In this document: one piece after another, positions 1-8,315 of the stretch | How positions within the stretch are numbered: the first letter of the stretch is position 1 | Layout of the letters: the number at the start of each line of letters is the position of its first letter | Origin: Patescibacteria group bacterium | GTDB taxonomy: Bacteria > Patescibacteriota > Doudnabacteria > UBA920 > O2-02-FULL-48-8 | Direction of reading: 5' to 3' | Assembly: GCA_036278915.1 (NCBI GenBank) | Contig: DASUKB010000001.1 | Span: 173,186 to 237,185 of the forward strand | DNA length: 64,000 nucleotides | Notes under the pieces: generated by a model | Databases searched by the model: none | Told to the model about the DNA's origin: nothing | What the model saw: only the letters and a program-made list of their open reading frames with translations | Program-made: the position numbers and the translations under genes

Positions 1-217
1 TTTAGATGCGCCCATGACCGCTTGCTGGGCAATTTCGTCCGATCCCACGCCCGTGGTGGGCGATATTAACTTGGACCATATAGTCAACTCCATCGATTAT
101 TCGCTGCTTAATGCCAAATGGTTTACGACAGACGCCGCGAGCGACTTAAATCACGACGGGTTGGTAAATGCCATTGACTACTCCATACTCAACGAAAACT
201 GGTTTAAGACCTGGTGA
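1..217 (+). CDS. C-terminal part of a protein ending in a dockerin-like (paired EF-hand) domain, probably truncated by the window edge
   Basis: Duplicated motif GDINLDHIVNSIDYSLL / SDLNHDGLVNAIDYSIL, typical of dockerin repeats. Confidence 0.7.
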   Translation, partial: LDAPMTACWAISSDPTPVVGDINLDHIVNSIDYSLLNAKWFTTDAASDLNHDGLVNAIDYSILNENWFKTW

Positions 218-295
218 TCTGTTTTGCAAAAAGAATTCTTTTTCATTATAATAAGTGTGTAAAACTAACTAAGAGAAACTAAAACACCAACCAAA

Positions 296-1279
296 ATGGC
301 TAAGTTTGATATTGTTTCCATTGGTGACACCACTATAGACGCCTTCATAGAAATCCATGAGGCTTCGGTGCACTGTAACATCAACCACGTTGACTGCCAG
401 CTCTGCCTGTCATTCGGCGACAAAATTCCCTACGAACAGCTGTCGCTAGTCCCGGCCTGCGGCAATTCGTCCAACAACGCCATTGGTTCGTCCAGGCTTG
501 GTATGCGCGATGCGTTCATAGGCGCAGTAGGCGACGACCATCAGGGCCAGCAGATTATAGACGAGCTTAAGCGCGAAGGCGTGGATACCCATATGATGAC
601 AGTCAATCGGGGCGTGCCCACAAATTTCCATTTCGTGCTGGTCTTTCGCGGTGAACGTACGATTTTGATAAAACACCAGAAATACCGCTACGACCTGCCG
701 GCCGCGTTGGACACGCAGTGGATTTATTTTTCGTCCATGGCCGCGGGCACAGAGAAATTTCATCATCAGTTCGGCAAATTCCTCGCCCAAAATTCTAAGA
801 TCCGGCTGGCGTTTAATCCGGGCACGTTTCAGATGCGCATGGGTGCGGCCAAGCTTGCTGAAATTTATAAGCACACGGAGCTATTGTTTCTCAACCGCGA
901 GGAAGCGCAGCTGGTGACCGGCCAGACAAATCGCGACATCCACAAACTGGCCCATGGCATGCACAAACTTGGCGCCAAGGTCGCCATCATCACAGATGGC
1001 CGCGACGGCAGTTACGCCTCCGACGGCACGAAAATCTGGTACGTGGATCACTTCCCAGCGCCGCGCGTGGAGGCCACGGGCGCAGGCGATGCCTACGGCA
1101 CCGGATTTACAGCGGCGATATTCCACGGGCTCACCATTCCCCAGGCTATGGTTTGGGGCACGGTCAACGGCGGCAACGTGGCGCTTAAAGTCGGCAGCCA
1201 TGCGGGTCTGCAAACAAAAAAACAGATTGAATCCTGGATCAAAAAGCACCCCAAGTTTAAAGCGAAAGAATATAAGTAA
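296..1279 (+). CDS. PfkB/ribokinase-family carbohydrate kinase
   Basis: GNSSNNAIGSSRLG, GAVGDD, NREEA and the C-terminal anion-hole motif ATGAGDAY. Confidence 0.9.
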   Translation: MAKFDIVSIGDTTIDAFIEIHEASVHCNINHVDCQLCLSFGDKIPYEQLSLVPACGNSSNNAIGSSRLGMRDAFIGAVGDDHQGQQIIDELKREGVDTHMMTVNRGVPTNFHFVLVFRGERTILIKHQKYRYDLPAALDTQWIYFSSMAAGTEKFHHQFGKFLAQNSKIRLAFNPGTFQMRMGAAKLAEIYKHTELLFLNREEAQLVTGQTNRDIHKLAHGMHKLGAKVAIITDGRDGSYASDGTKIWYVDHFPAPRVEATGAGDAYGTGFTAAIFHGLTIPQAMVWGTVNGGNVALKVGSHAGLQTKKQIESWIKKHPKFKAKEYK

Positions 1280-1467
1280 TGGTCGGAAAGAAATACGCCT
1301 TGGGTGTTGCATTCATTGTTGCGGGAGCGGGAGTTGCCTTGGTCGCCAGCAGGATTATATACGGAGAAAGTATTGGAATTCTAAAAGATGGGATTTTCGG
1401 CGGTTCGGGGATTATAAGTCTGGTAGGTTTTGTCTTTATAATTCAATCTTTTATGCCAGAAGAATAA
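1279..1467 (+). CDS. small two-TM membrane protein
   Basis: Start overlaps the pfkB stop (TAATG); two hydrophobic segments. Confidence 0.6.
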   Translation: MVGKKYALGVAFIVAGAGVALVASRIIYGESIGILKDGIFGGSGIISLVGFVFIIQSFMPEE

Positions 1468-1470
1468 ACG

Positions 1471-1500
1471 GTACGTACCCGGTACGTACGACGTACGTAC
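1471..1500. promoter_or_regulatory. three GTACGTAC palindromes at 11-bp spacing (putative operator array)
   Basis: GTACGTAC at 1471, 1482 and 1493, ending 10 nt before the ATG at 1511. Confidence 0.6.
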
Positions 1501-1510
1501 GAACAAAAAT

Positions 1511-1678
1511 ATGACTAAAGCAAAAATTACAAAAATCGGCGGTCATTCCAGTTCAATTGTTATTCCTGTCCGGATTATGAAAGACTTACACTGGAAAACA
1601 AAACAGAAAGTAGATGTTAAACGAGTCGCGCGCGGCGTGAAGATCACGGATGCAAGGAGTAAAAAACGCCGGCAATAA
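1511..1678 (+). CDS. AbrB/MazE/SpoVT-like DNA-binding protein (55 aa, not in ORF track)
   Basis: Manual translation MTKAKITKIGGHSSSIVIPVRIMKDLHWKTKQKVDVKRVARGVKITDARSKKRRQ; swapped-hairpin pattern K-x-G..S..I-x-I-P....L.W. Confidence 0.8.
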   Translation: MTKAKITKIGGHSSSIVIPVRIMKDLHWKTKQKVDVKRVARGVKITDARSKKRRQ

Positions 1679-1690
1679 CTAATGACGTAA

Positions 1691-1805
1691 CCCCTCCCAA
1701 CCTCCCCTTATCTAGGGGGAGGAGTAAACCGAACCAGGCTGCAGCTTGGTTTACCCCCTCTTAGAATAAGAGGGGGTGCATAGCACGAGGGTTAACGGGG
1801 GAGTT
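1691..1805 (+). repeat. REP-like palindromic element, family A (CCCCTCCC...GGGGAGTT)
   Basis: Close similarity to 3618-3740; internal hairpins CCTCCCC/GGGGAGG, AACCAGGCTGCAGCTTGGTT and CCCCCTCTTA/TAAGAGGGGG. Confidence 0.85.
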
Positions 1806-1816
1806 AGAAACAAAGC

Positions 1817-2251
1817 ATGAGCAAGTACAAAGTTCCATTCTATATATTGTTGGCGCTAGTTATTATTGCAATCGGATTGCTAGTCTACTACAAAGAAGTC
1901 AAAGCGCCGACTACGCAGCCCGCAACACAGAATAATTTGTCTACACCTCCTGTAACCGAAACTTCCCCTCCGGACAACACGCAACCCGAAACGACTCCTA
2001 CCACTGGCACGCTTGCCGGAACAGCAGATACCACAACCCTGCACATCAATAAAATTATTGTTTACAACTCTACTGGCAAAGTTGAAGTTTCTAGCACAAA
2101 TCTAAACGGCGATGGAAGCTTCAGCCTCACTCTTGCGCCAGGGGATTACATGATAGACTATGCGGCCAGCCCCGACCTGTACCCGCACTCACCGGAAAAA
2201 TTTTCCATAGTGGCCGGCCAGACGCACGAAGTGGACTATAGCGTGGAATAA
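1817..2251 (+). CDS. membrane-anchored protein with Pro/Thr linker and carboxypeptidase-regulatory-like Ig domain
   Basis: N-terminal TM, PT-rich linker, DGSFSLTLAPGDY motif. Confidence 0.75.
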   Translation: MSKYKVPFYILLALVIIAIGLLVYYKEVKAPTTQPATQNNLSTPPVTETSPPDNTQPETTPTTGTLAGTADTTTLHINKIIVYNSTGKVEVSSTNLNGDGSFSLTLAPGDYMIDYAASPDLYPHSPEKFSIVAGQTHEVDYSVE

Positions 2252-2255
2252 ATAT

Positions 2256-2450
2256 ATGAAGACAATTATTTTAATTTTAATTATCGGGTTTGCCGTTATT
2301 TACTGGCGAGGCACAAAAGCAATCTTCACCCAAGCGGGTATGGACTGCGACTGGCATGCGGTGTACGCCATTTGCAAAGAGCCAAGCAACAATCCTCAAA
2401 TGCCAAACATAATGGAAATTCTTAAGGCAGGAGCAAAACTGAAGAATTGA
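2256..2450 (+). CDS. small hypothetical membrane/secreted protein
   Basis: N-terminal hydrophobic segment, two Cys, 4 nt after the previous stop. Confidence 0.6.
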   Translation: MKTIILILIIGFAVIYWRGTKAIFTQAGMDCDWHAVYAICKEPSNNPQMPNIMEILKAGAKLKN

Positions 2451-2516
2451 CCTAATTACTAATTGATCTAATGTCTAAATTTTAGGTCAATTAGAAATTA
2501 ATAATTAGAAATTTTA
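2444..2516. repeat. AT-rich inverted/tandem element, family C (AATTGA(C/T)CTAA...TTAG(G/A)TCAATTAGAAAT)
   Basis: Related copies at 14724-14780 and 58969-59014. Confidence 0.65.
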
Positions 2517-2518
2517 AA

Positions 2519-3400
2519 ATGCTTGTACACATCGGCAAAATTATTCACAAAAAAATGCTCGGGCACTATGCGGTGCCGGCCTTCAATACGTCCAATTTGG
2601 AACTCACCCAGGGCATAATCCGCGCGGCCGAAGCGCAGAAGGCGCCTATAATTTTGCAAACGTCCGTGGGCGCGCTGGAGTACGCCGGCTTGGAAGAACT
2701 CATAGCCATAAACAAAGCCGCGGCCAGAGAAGCTTCCGTGCCTATCGCGCTGCACCAGGACCATTGCAAGGATTTTGAACTTATCAAAAAACTTATTGCG
2801 CACGGCTACTCGTCGGTCATGATCGATCTTTCCGCGTTGCCGTACGAAGACAACGTCAAACAGACGCGCGAGGTCGTAAAGTACGCGCACAATGCCGGTG
2901 TCTGGGTCCAGGCCGAAATCGGCAGATTGCTTGGCAACGAAGATTGGCAAAACGTCAAAAGCGGCGAGGATTTGGAAACCGATCCTGACGAGGCAGCCAA
3001 GTTTGTGGCATCCACAGGCGTAGACACGCTCGCCGTGGCGGTGGGCACCATGCACGGGATACCCGTGAATCCGGCCACGAAAAAAATTCTGCATACGCTC
3101 AAAGAGCATGTGGATTTGCCCAGGCTTCGGGCCATAGCTGCTAAAGTCAAAATTCCTCTGGTGCTCCATGGCGCTTCCGGCGTGCCGGATGTGCAGCTTA
3201 AAGAGGCGGTGAAAGAAAACGTGGCTATTTTCAATATCGACACGGATTTGCGCGTGGCGTTCAACGAAGCACTGCGGCAAAATATCAAAAAGAACCCACA
3301 GATTTATGATCCGAGGAAATTGTTGGCTCCGGCAACGGATGCTCTGCAAAAAGAAGCCGAGAAAAAGTTGCAAATTTTAGGAGCTTCAGGGAAAGCATAA
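2519..3400 (+). CDS. fba: class II fructose-bisphosphate aldolase
   Basis: YAVPAFN, LHQDH, SSVMID, GTMHG and LVLHGASG motifs. Confidence 0.92.
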   Translation: MLVHIGKIIHKKMLGHYAVPAFNTSNLELTQGIIRAAEAQKAPIILQTSVGALEYAGLEELIAINKAAAREASVPIALHQDHCKDFELIKKLIAHGYSSVMIDLSALPYEDNVKQTREVVKYAHNAGVWVQAEIGRLLGNEDWQNVKSGEDLETDPDEAAKFVASTGVDTLAVAVGTMHGIPVNPATKKILHTLKEHVDLPRLRAIAAKVKIPLVLHGASGVPDVQLKEAVKENVAIFNIDTDLRVAFNEALRQNIKKNPQIYDPRKLLAPATDALQKEAEKKLQILGASGKA

Positions 3401-3404
3401 ACAT

Positions 3405-3462
3405 TGTCATTCTGAGCGAAGCGAAGAATCTTATAAGATCCTTCACTGCGTTCAGGATGACA
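3405..3462. repeat. REP-like hairpin, family B (TGTCATTCTGAGCGAAGCGAAGAATCT...AGATCCTTCACTGCGTTCAGGATGACA)
   Basis: 58-nt imperfect palindrome with TGTCAT/ATGACA ends; related element inside dnaX. Confidence 0.8.
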
Positions 3463-3483
3463 GGTAAAAATTAATTAAATTTT

Positions 3484-3606
3484 ATGGGTTTTGAAAAATG
3501 GCTGCACACAAAACTTGCGCCGTTTATACAAAATGAGGAAGAGTATCTGCTGATGATCGTGGGGCTGGCGGCAGTGGCTTTGTTTTTGTACGCAGTAATT
3601 AGTTGA
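3484..3606 (+). CDS. 40-aa single-TM small protein (not in ORF track)
   Basis: MGFEKWLHTKLAPFIQNEEEYLLMIVGLAAVALFLYAVIS; fills the gap between two repeat elements. Confidence 0.5.
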   Translation: MGFEKWLHTKLAPFIQNEEEYLLMIVGLAAVALFLYAVIS

Positions 3607-3617
3607 ATAATTAATAA

Positions 3618-3740
3618 CCCCTTCCAACCTCCCCTTATGTTAAGAGGAGGAGTAGACTAAGACCAGGCTGCAGCTTGGTTTGGGTTTACCCCCTCTTAGA
3701 ATAAGAGGGGGTACGTAACACGAGGATTATCGGGGGAGTT
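3618..3740 (+). repeat. REP-like palindromic element, family A
   Basis: Copy of 1691-1805, ending in GGGGGAGTT 15 nt before the gap ATG. Confidence 0.85.
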
Positions 3741-3755
3741 AGAAACAAATAATAT

Positions 3756-4814
3756 ATGAGCAAAATACGAGTTGCTATAAATGGTTTTGGTAGAATTGGC
3801 CGGCAAGCTTTTAAAATCGCCCTCACCAAACCAGAACTTGAAGTGGTGGCCATAAACGACCTCACCGAACCTGCCATACTGGCCCAGCTTTTGCGCTACG
3901 ACACCAACTACGGCCCATACGACAAAAAAGTGAGCAGCGACGAGGTGAAAGGAAAAGCCAACCCGACCACTTATTCCGTAGGAAATATTATTGTGGATGG
4001 GCAGAAAGTTCCGATATTCGCCGAGAAAGATCCAAGCGCTTTGCCCTGGAAAGATTTGGATGTGGATGTGGTACTTGAATCCACAGGAAGATTTATAACC
4101 ACAGAGGCGTCAAGTGCGCATCTTAAGGCCGGAGCCAAAAAAGTTATAATCTCCGCACCTGCCAAAGACGAAGGTATAACCCCGACATTTATAATCGGCG
4201 TCAACCACGACAAATATGCAGACCAGCAGATAATTTCCAACGCCTCCTGCACCACCAACTGCATCACTCCGGTAATTGCCGTGCTGCAGAGCAAATTCGG
4301 CATCAAGAAACTGATGATGTCCACGATTCATTCATACACCGCGGAGCAGAATTTGGTGGATGGCCCGCCGCCGGGCGGAAAGTCGCACGACATGCGCCGG
4401 GCTCGCGCCGCAGCCGTGAACATTATACCCACCTCCACGGGCGCCACTATCGCCACCACCGAAGCCATACCGGAATTGAAAGGCGCGCTGGCCGGCATGG
4501 CGTTCCGCGTGCCCACGCCAGTAGGGTCGCTCTCGGATTTCACGGTCATCCTCAACAAAAAAGTTACGGTGGAGGAAGTCAACCGCGCGTTTACCGAAAT
4601 GGCCAAACACCCGATGTGGGAAAACGTGCTTGAAGTGACCACCGAGCCTATCGTCTCAAGCGATATCATAGGCAACCCGCACTCGGCTATAGTGGATTTG
4701 TCGCTAACGCAGGTCGTGGACGGGGATATGGTGAAAGTAATCGCCTGGTACGACAACGAGTTCGGATATTCAAATAGATTCGTGGAGCAGGCAATATTGA
4801 TAGGAAAAAATTAA
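3756..4814 (+). CDS. gap: type I glyceraldehyde-3-phosphate dehydrogenase
   Basis: INGFGRIGR, SNASCTTNC and WYDNEFGYS motifs. Confidence 0.97.
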   Translation: MSKIRVAINGFGRIGRQAFKIALTKPELEVVAINDLTEPAILAQLLRYDTNYGPYDKKVSSDEVKGKANPTTYSVGNIIVDGQKVPIFAEKDPSALPWKDLDVDVVLESTGRFITTEASSAHLKAGAKKVIISAPAKDEGITPTFIIGVNHDKYADQQIISNASCTTNCITPVIAVLQSKFGIKKLMMSTIHSYTAEQNLVDGPPPGGKSHDMRRARAAAVNIIPTSTGATIATTEAIPELKGALAGMAFRVPTPVGSLSDFTVILNKKVTVEEVNRAFTEMAKHPMWENVLEVTTEPIVSSDIIGNPHSAIVDLSLTQVVDGDMVKVIAWYDNEFGYSNRFVEQAILIGKN

Positions 4815-4820
4815 ACAACA

Positions 4821-4891
4821 CCCCCCGGCCTTCGGCCACACCCTCTTTAGTAAAGAGGGGGTGCGTACGCCAAGGGTTCGCGGGGGGAGTT
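4821..4891 (+). repeat. REP-like palindromic element, family A variant
   Basis: CCCCCC...GGCC-TTC-GGCC...CCCTCTT/AAGAGGG...GGGGGGAGTT; shares its 3' half with the 1691 and 3618 copies. Confidence 0.8.
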
Positions 4892-4899
4892 CTAAAAAA

Positions 4900-6033
4900 A
4901 TGCCAGAGCAAAACCCACAATCAAATATTCCACCCGAAGAGCAATTTCGGCAGCCTGGTGCATTTGAGCATCATAAGCCGCATCGGTTTACCATAAACCA
5001 CATCGTGGCGTATGTGGCTTTGGGTATGCTCGGCCTGGCTATCGTGGCTGTGTCGTATTATTATCAGGTTTCAAATTATTTACCAGAACAACTGCAAAAC
5101 GTGATACATCATCCCAAGTCAACGGCCAGCTGTAACAGTACGGATATGGATCAGCTGCCAGTGTCTTGTGATGGACAAACCTCCCAAACCGACCCAACAG
5201 CCAACTGGAAAACTTATACGAACACTGATTTTGGATACGAGTTTAAGTATCCGAATAATTTAAATATTCAAAATGATGGTGGGGGAGCTATTTTTACGGA
5301 CGGCGCAGATTTTGGATCATCAGGTTACGATATATATGTGAGTCCTGACCAGGTAGGGGATGTAAATCTCACAAGCCGCGATGGTTATAAGGTTGAAAAG
5401 ATTGCCATTCCGACAATAACCGCATATGAAATCACGAAAGCTGGTTATGATCCGGAATTTTATATTGAGAACCAAAACGATCCAGGCAATTATATAAAGA
5501 TGGGCATTCAACAATATTGTGATTCGGGATCTGATTGTAAGTCTGGGGATGCTGGGAACTTATTGAATCAAATTTTATCTACTATCAAATTCCAGAATGA
5601 GTCAGCAGCACTATCAAATTTTACCTGGAAGACTTATGCGGACGATTCGGTTACTTTTGAATATCCAAGTGACTATACAATTAGTAGCCAGAAATCTGGA
5701 GTTGAAGAAGGCATTGATTTATCTGCGAATGGTATAAGCACTATAGGTATAACGAAGACTGTTACAGATGAATCAGCGGATGAAATTTTTAAAGATGCAG
5801 AGTATAATTTCAGCGTTAACAAACAAAATCCCGAAGATCAGCTAAATTACTTGACCATAGACGGATATAAGGCTATTAAATTGTATTATAGCGACTGGGA
5901 TATCGAAGATCACCTTTATAATTCAGAAATCACGATCCCGATGGGCGATACTGAATACAACTTGGTTTTTTCGGGAGCCCAAAACCAATTAACAAAATTT
6001 GACCAATTGGTTAATTCAATTAAATTTAAGTAA
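4900..6033 (+). CDS. membrane-anchored protein with two PsbP-like repeats
   Basis: TM near the N-terminus; WKTYTNTDFGYEFKYP and WKTYADDSVTFEYP; each unit ends ILSTIKF/LVNSIKF. Start moved to ATG 4900, downstream of the repeat element. Confidence 0.75.
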   Translation: MPEQNPQSNIPPEEQFRQPGAFEHHKPHRFTINHIVAYVALGMLGLAIVAVSYYYQVSNYLPEQLQNVIHHPKSTASCNSTDMDQLPVSCDGQTSQTDPTANWKTYTNTDFGYEFKYPNNLNIQNDGGGAIFTDGADFGSSGYDIYVSPDQVGDVNLTSRDGYKVEKIAIPTITAYEITKAGYDPEFYIENQNDPGNYIKMGIQQYCDSGSDCKSGDAGNLLNQILSTIKFQNESAALSNFTWKTYADDSVTFEYPSDYTISSQKSGVEEGIDLSANGISTIGITKTVTDESADEIFKDAEYNFSVNKQNPEDQLNYLTIDGYKAIKLYYSDWDIEDHLYNSEITIPMGDTEYNLVFSGAQNQLTKFDQLVNSIKFK

Positions 6034-6049
6034 GCTAATTAGACCGGTA

Positions 6050-7087
6050 ATGCCTGAAGTACCAACCCCAAAATCAAATACGCCGACAACGCCAGACATA
6101 CCAAAGACGCCGCCTACTGTACCGCTGCATAAGGACAGTTTTTTCCGCAGGCATTTGCTGGCGGAGTTACTGGCAACACTTCTGTTTGCGGCTACGGTTG
6201 GGGTGGTATTTTATATCTTCAGCTCCGTGCCAGTCGTGAATTTAAATCCAGTGCAGCATAAACCTGCAATTGATACATCAACTTGGAAAATATATGCCAA
6301 TGCTCAATATGGTTATCAGCTTAAATATCCATCGGATTGGCATGAATTTGATAGCACGCAAGGCGCTAGCTATGCAGATGACGAACAGAATATAGTTATG
6401 GAAGATGATATGCGTGCTGGAGAAGCAGAGATAGGACTACAGATTTCTGTATTGAAAAGTTCTTATCCTCTTACAATACCTTCGACTGATACGAATATAA
6501 ATGGTTATCCTGCTAAATACGATGCCTCTTTAAATTATTATGTTTTGCAGCACAATAATCGATACGTACAAATTAAGGAGTATAGTGATAATAACAAGCC
6601 GTCTGTGACAGATGCAATATTATCCACCTTCAAATTTACGGATAGAATTACTTCGGTAAATAGTTCTTGGAAAAAGTATCAAAACATTAAATATAATTAT
6701 AGTTTTGAATATCCTACAAAATGGGATTTGGTTCCGTGCGATGAAGATACGGTTCTTATATTCGGGCGATGTGCATCCGAAGGCACGCCGACTGTAAGTG
6801 TAAACGTGATTCCCAACTGGTCGCTTGATACATTTTATAATCAGCACCCAGATCTTACAGATCCACATAGTATAACTATTGCGGGTATACAGGCTGATGA
6901 ATTTGAATCTGTCGCACCTCCAATGGATGTTCCAGAACCTGGACCAACCCCAGGCACCAAATTAACTGCAATTGTATTTCAACACGGACCAGATGTGATT
7001 GATATTGGTCTGGCTCAAGAACCCGACGCAAATTTAACCAGCGATTTTAACCATATTATTTCCACTTTCAAATTTCTCAGTGATTAA
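6050..7087 (+). CDS. membrane-anchored protein with two PsbP-like repeats
   Basis: TM; WKIYANAQYGYQLKYP and WKKYQNIKYNYSFEYP; ILSTFKF/IISTFKF ends. Confidence 0.75.
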   Translation: MPEVPTPKSNTPTTPDIPKTPPTVPLHKDSFFRRHLLAELLATLLFAATVGVVFYIFSSVPVVNLNPVQHKPAIDTSTWKIYANAQYGYQLKYPSDWHEFDSTQGASYADDEQNIVMEDDMRAGEAEIGLQISVLKSSYPLTIPSTDTNINGYPAKYDASLNYYVLQHNNRYVQIKEYSDNNKPSVTDAILSTFKFTDRITSVNSSWKKYQNIKYNYSFEYPTKWDLVPCDEDTVLIFGRCASEGTPTVSVNVIPNWSLDTFYNQHPDLTDPHSITIAGIQADEFESVAPPMDVPEPGPTPGTKLTAIVFQHGPDVIDIGLAQEPDANLTSDFNHIISTFKFLSD

Positions 7088-8306
7088 ATCAATTACATCC
7101 GTAAAAGTTACTGGCAAGCGCGTGGTTGTACGCGCGGGTTTTGATGTCCAATTGGAAAAGAAATCACACCATACCGAATTTACAGTTGTAGACGATACGC
7201 GGGTTCGCGATATTTTGCCTACGCTCAAATACCTTATCAAGCAGAAAGCGCGGATCGTGATAGTGTCGCACCTGGGCCGGCCGGAAGGATATGATGAGTC
7301 CAAATCTATGTGGCCAGTGGCTGAGGATTTGGCCCGGATTTTAAACTACAAACCCGTCAAAGTTACGGACCGCCTGCCTGAATACGCTGTGCCGCACGTG
7401 TATTTTTTGGCAAGTGACATCACCAAAAAAGATTACTCATCGATGAGTGAGAAAATTAGCCCCGGCGATATTTTGTTTTTGGAAAATGCAAGGTTTTATA
7501 AAGGGGAGCAGGAGAATGATCCTAAGTTTGTAAAAACCCTAGCTTCGTTTGGCGATATATATGTAGAGGATGCATTTTCCGTGGTCCACCGCAAAGAAGC
7601 TTCAACTTACGGTTTGGCCGAAAAATTACCGCATTATGCTGGCGTGTCTTTGCTCGGCGAAATAAAGTCTCTCAACCGCCTTACGCAAAACCCGGCGCAC
7701 CCGATGGTGCTTATAATGGGCGGAGCCAAAGTCGCGGATAAAGCCGGGACGATAAAAAATTTGGCCAAGCACGCGGACTTTATATTGGTCGGCGGCGCTT
7801 TGGGCAATTCGTTCCTCAAGGCCGCAGGCTACGAAACCGGCAAATCCAAAGTTGCAGATGTGGCCTTGGCCAAAGAGCTCCTGCGCAATTTTAAATCCAA
7901 AATTATCTTGCCCGCAGATATAATCGTGGCCAAATCCGAAGAGGGCGAAGCCCGTGCCTGCAGCGTGGCTGGCGTGCGGCCGAATGAAAATTTATATGAT
8001 ATCGGTCCGCAGACCGTGCTCAAGTTTTCATCTTACATCAAAAAAGCCAAGACCTTGGTTTGGAACGGCCCAATGGGTATAATAGAGATGAAGAAGTTTT
8101 CATTCGGATCCGCAGGTGTCGCCACTGCGTTTGCCGCCAGATCCCGCGGACCGGCATTTGGGGTCGTGGGCGGCGGGGAAACCATACAAGTTATAAATCG
8201 CGAGAAAGTTGCGGAATTTATAGACCATGTCTCCACAGGTGGGGGTGCGATGCTTGAATATTTAGCCGGCAAAAAATTGCCGGGAATAGAAATTTTGGAA
8301 AAATAA
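7080..8306 (+). CDS. pgk: phosphoglycerate kinase
   Basis: SHLGRP, LENARF, GGAKVADK, WNGPMG and HVSTGGGA motifs. Confidence 0.95.
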   Translation: MIKSITSVKVTGKRVVVRAGFDVQLEKKSHHTEFTVVDDTRVRDILPTLKYLIKQKARIVIVSHLGRPEGYDESKSMWPVAEDLARILNYKPVKVTDRLPEYAVPHVYFLASDITKKDYSSMSEKISPGDILFLENARFYKGEQENDPKFVKTLASFGDIYVEDAFSVVHRKEASTYGLAEKLPHYAGVSLLGEIKSLNRLTQNPAHPMVLIMGGAKVADKAGTIKNLAKHADFILVGGALGNSFLKAAGYETGKSKVADVALAKELLRNFKSKIILPADIIVAKSEEGEARACSVAGVRPNENLYDIGPQTVLKFSSYIKKAKTLVWNGPMGIIEMKKFSFGSAGVATAFAARSRGPAFGVVGGGETIQVINREKVAEFIDHVSTGGGAMLEYLAGKKLPGIEILEK

Positions 8307-8315
8307 GATTTATTT

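Noticed and set aside
1468-1502. Possible CRISPR or microsatellite from the GTAC repeats
   Set aside because: Units are 8 bp with 3-bp gaps, with no spacers or cas genes; treated as an operator-like array instead.
2498-3373. Long antisense ORFs (291 aa opposite fba; similar ones opposite gpmI, recJ, lysS, mreB and the ATPase)
   Set aside because: They shadow well-supported genes on the other strand and carry no recognisable motifs.
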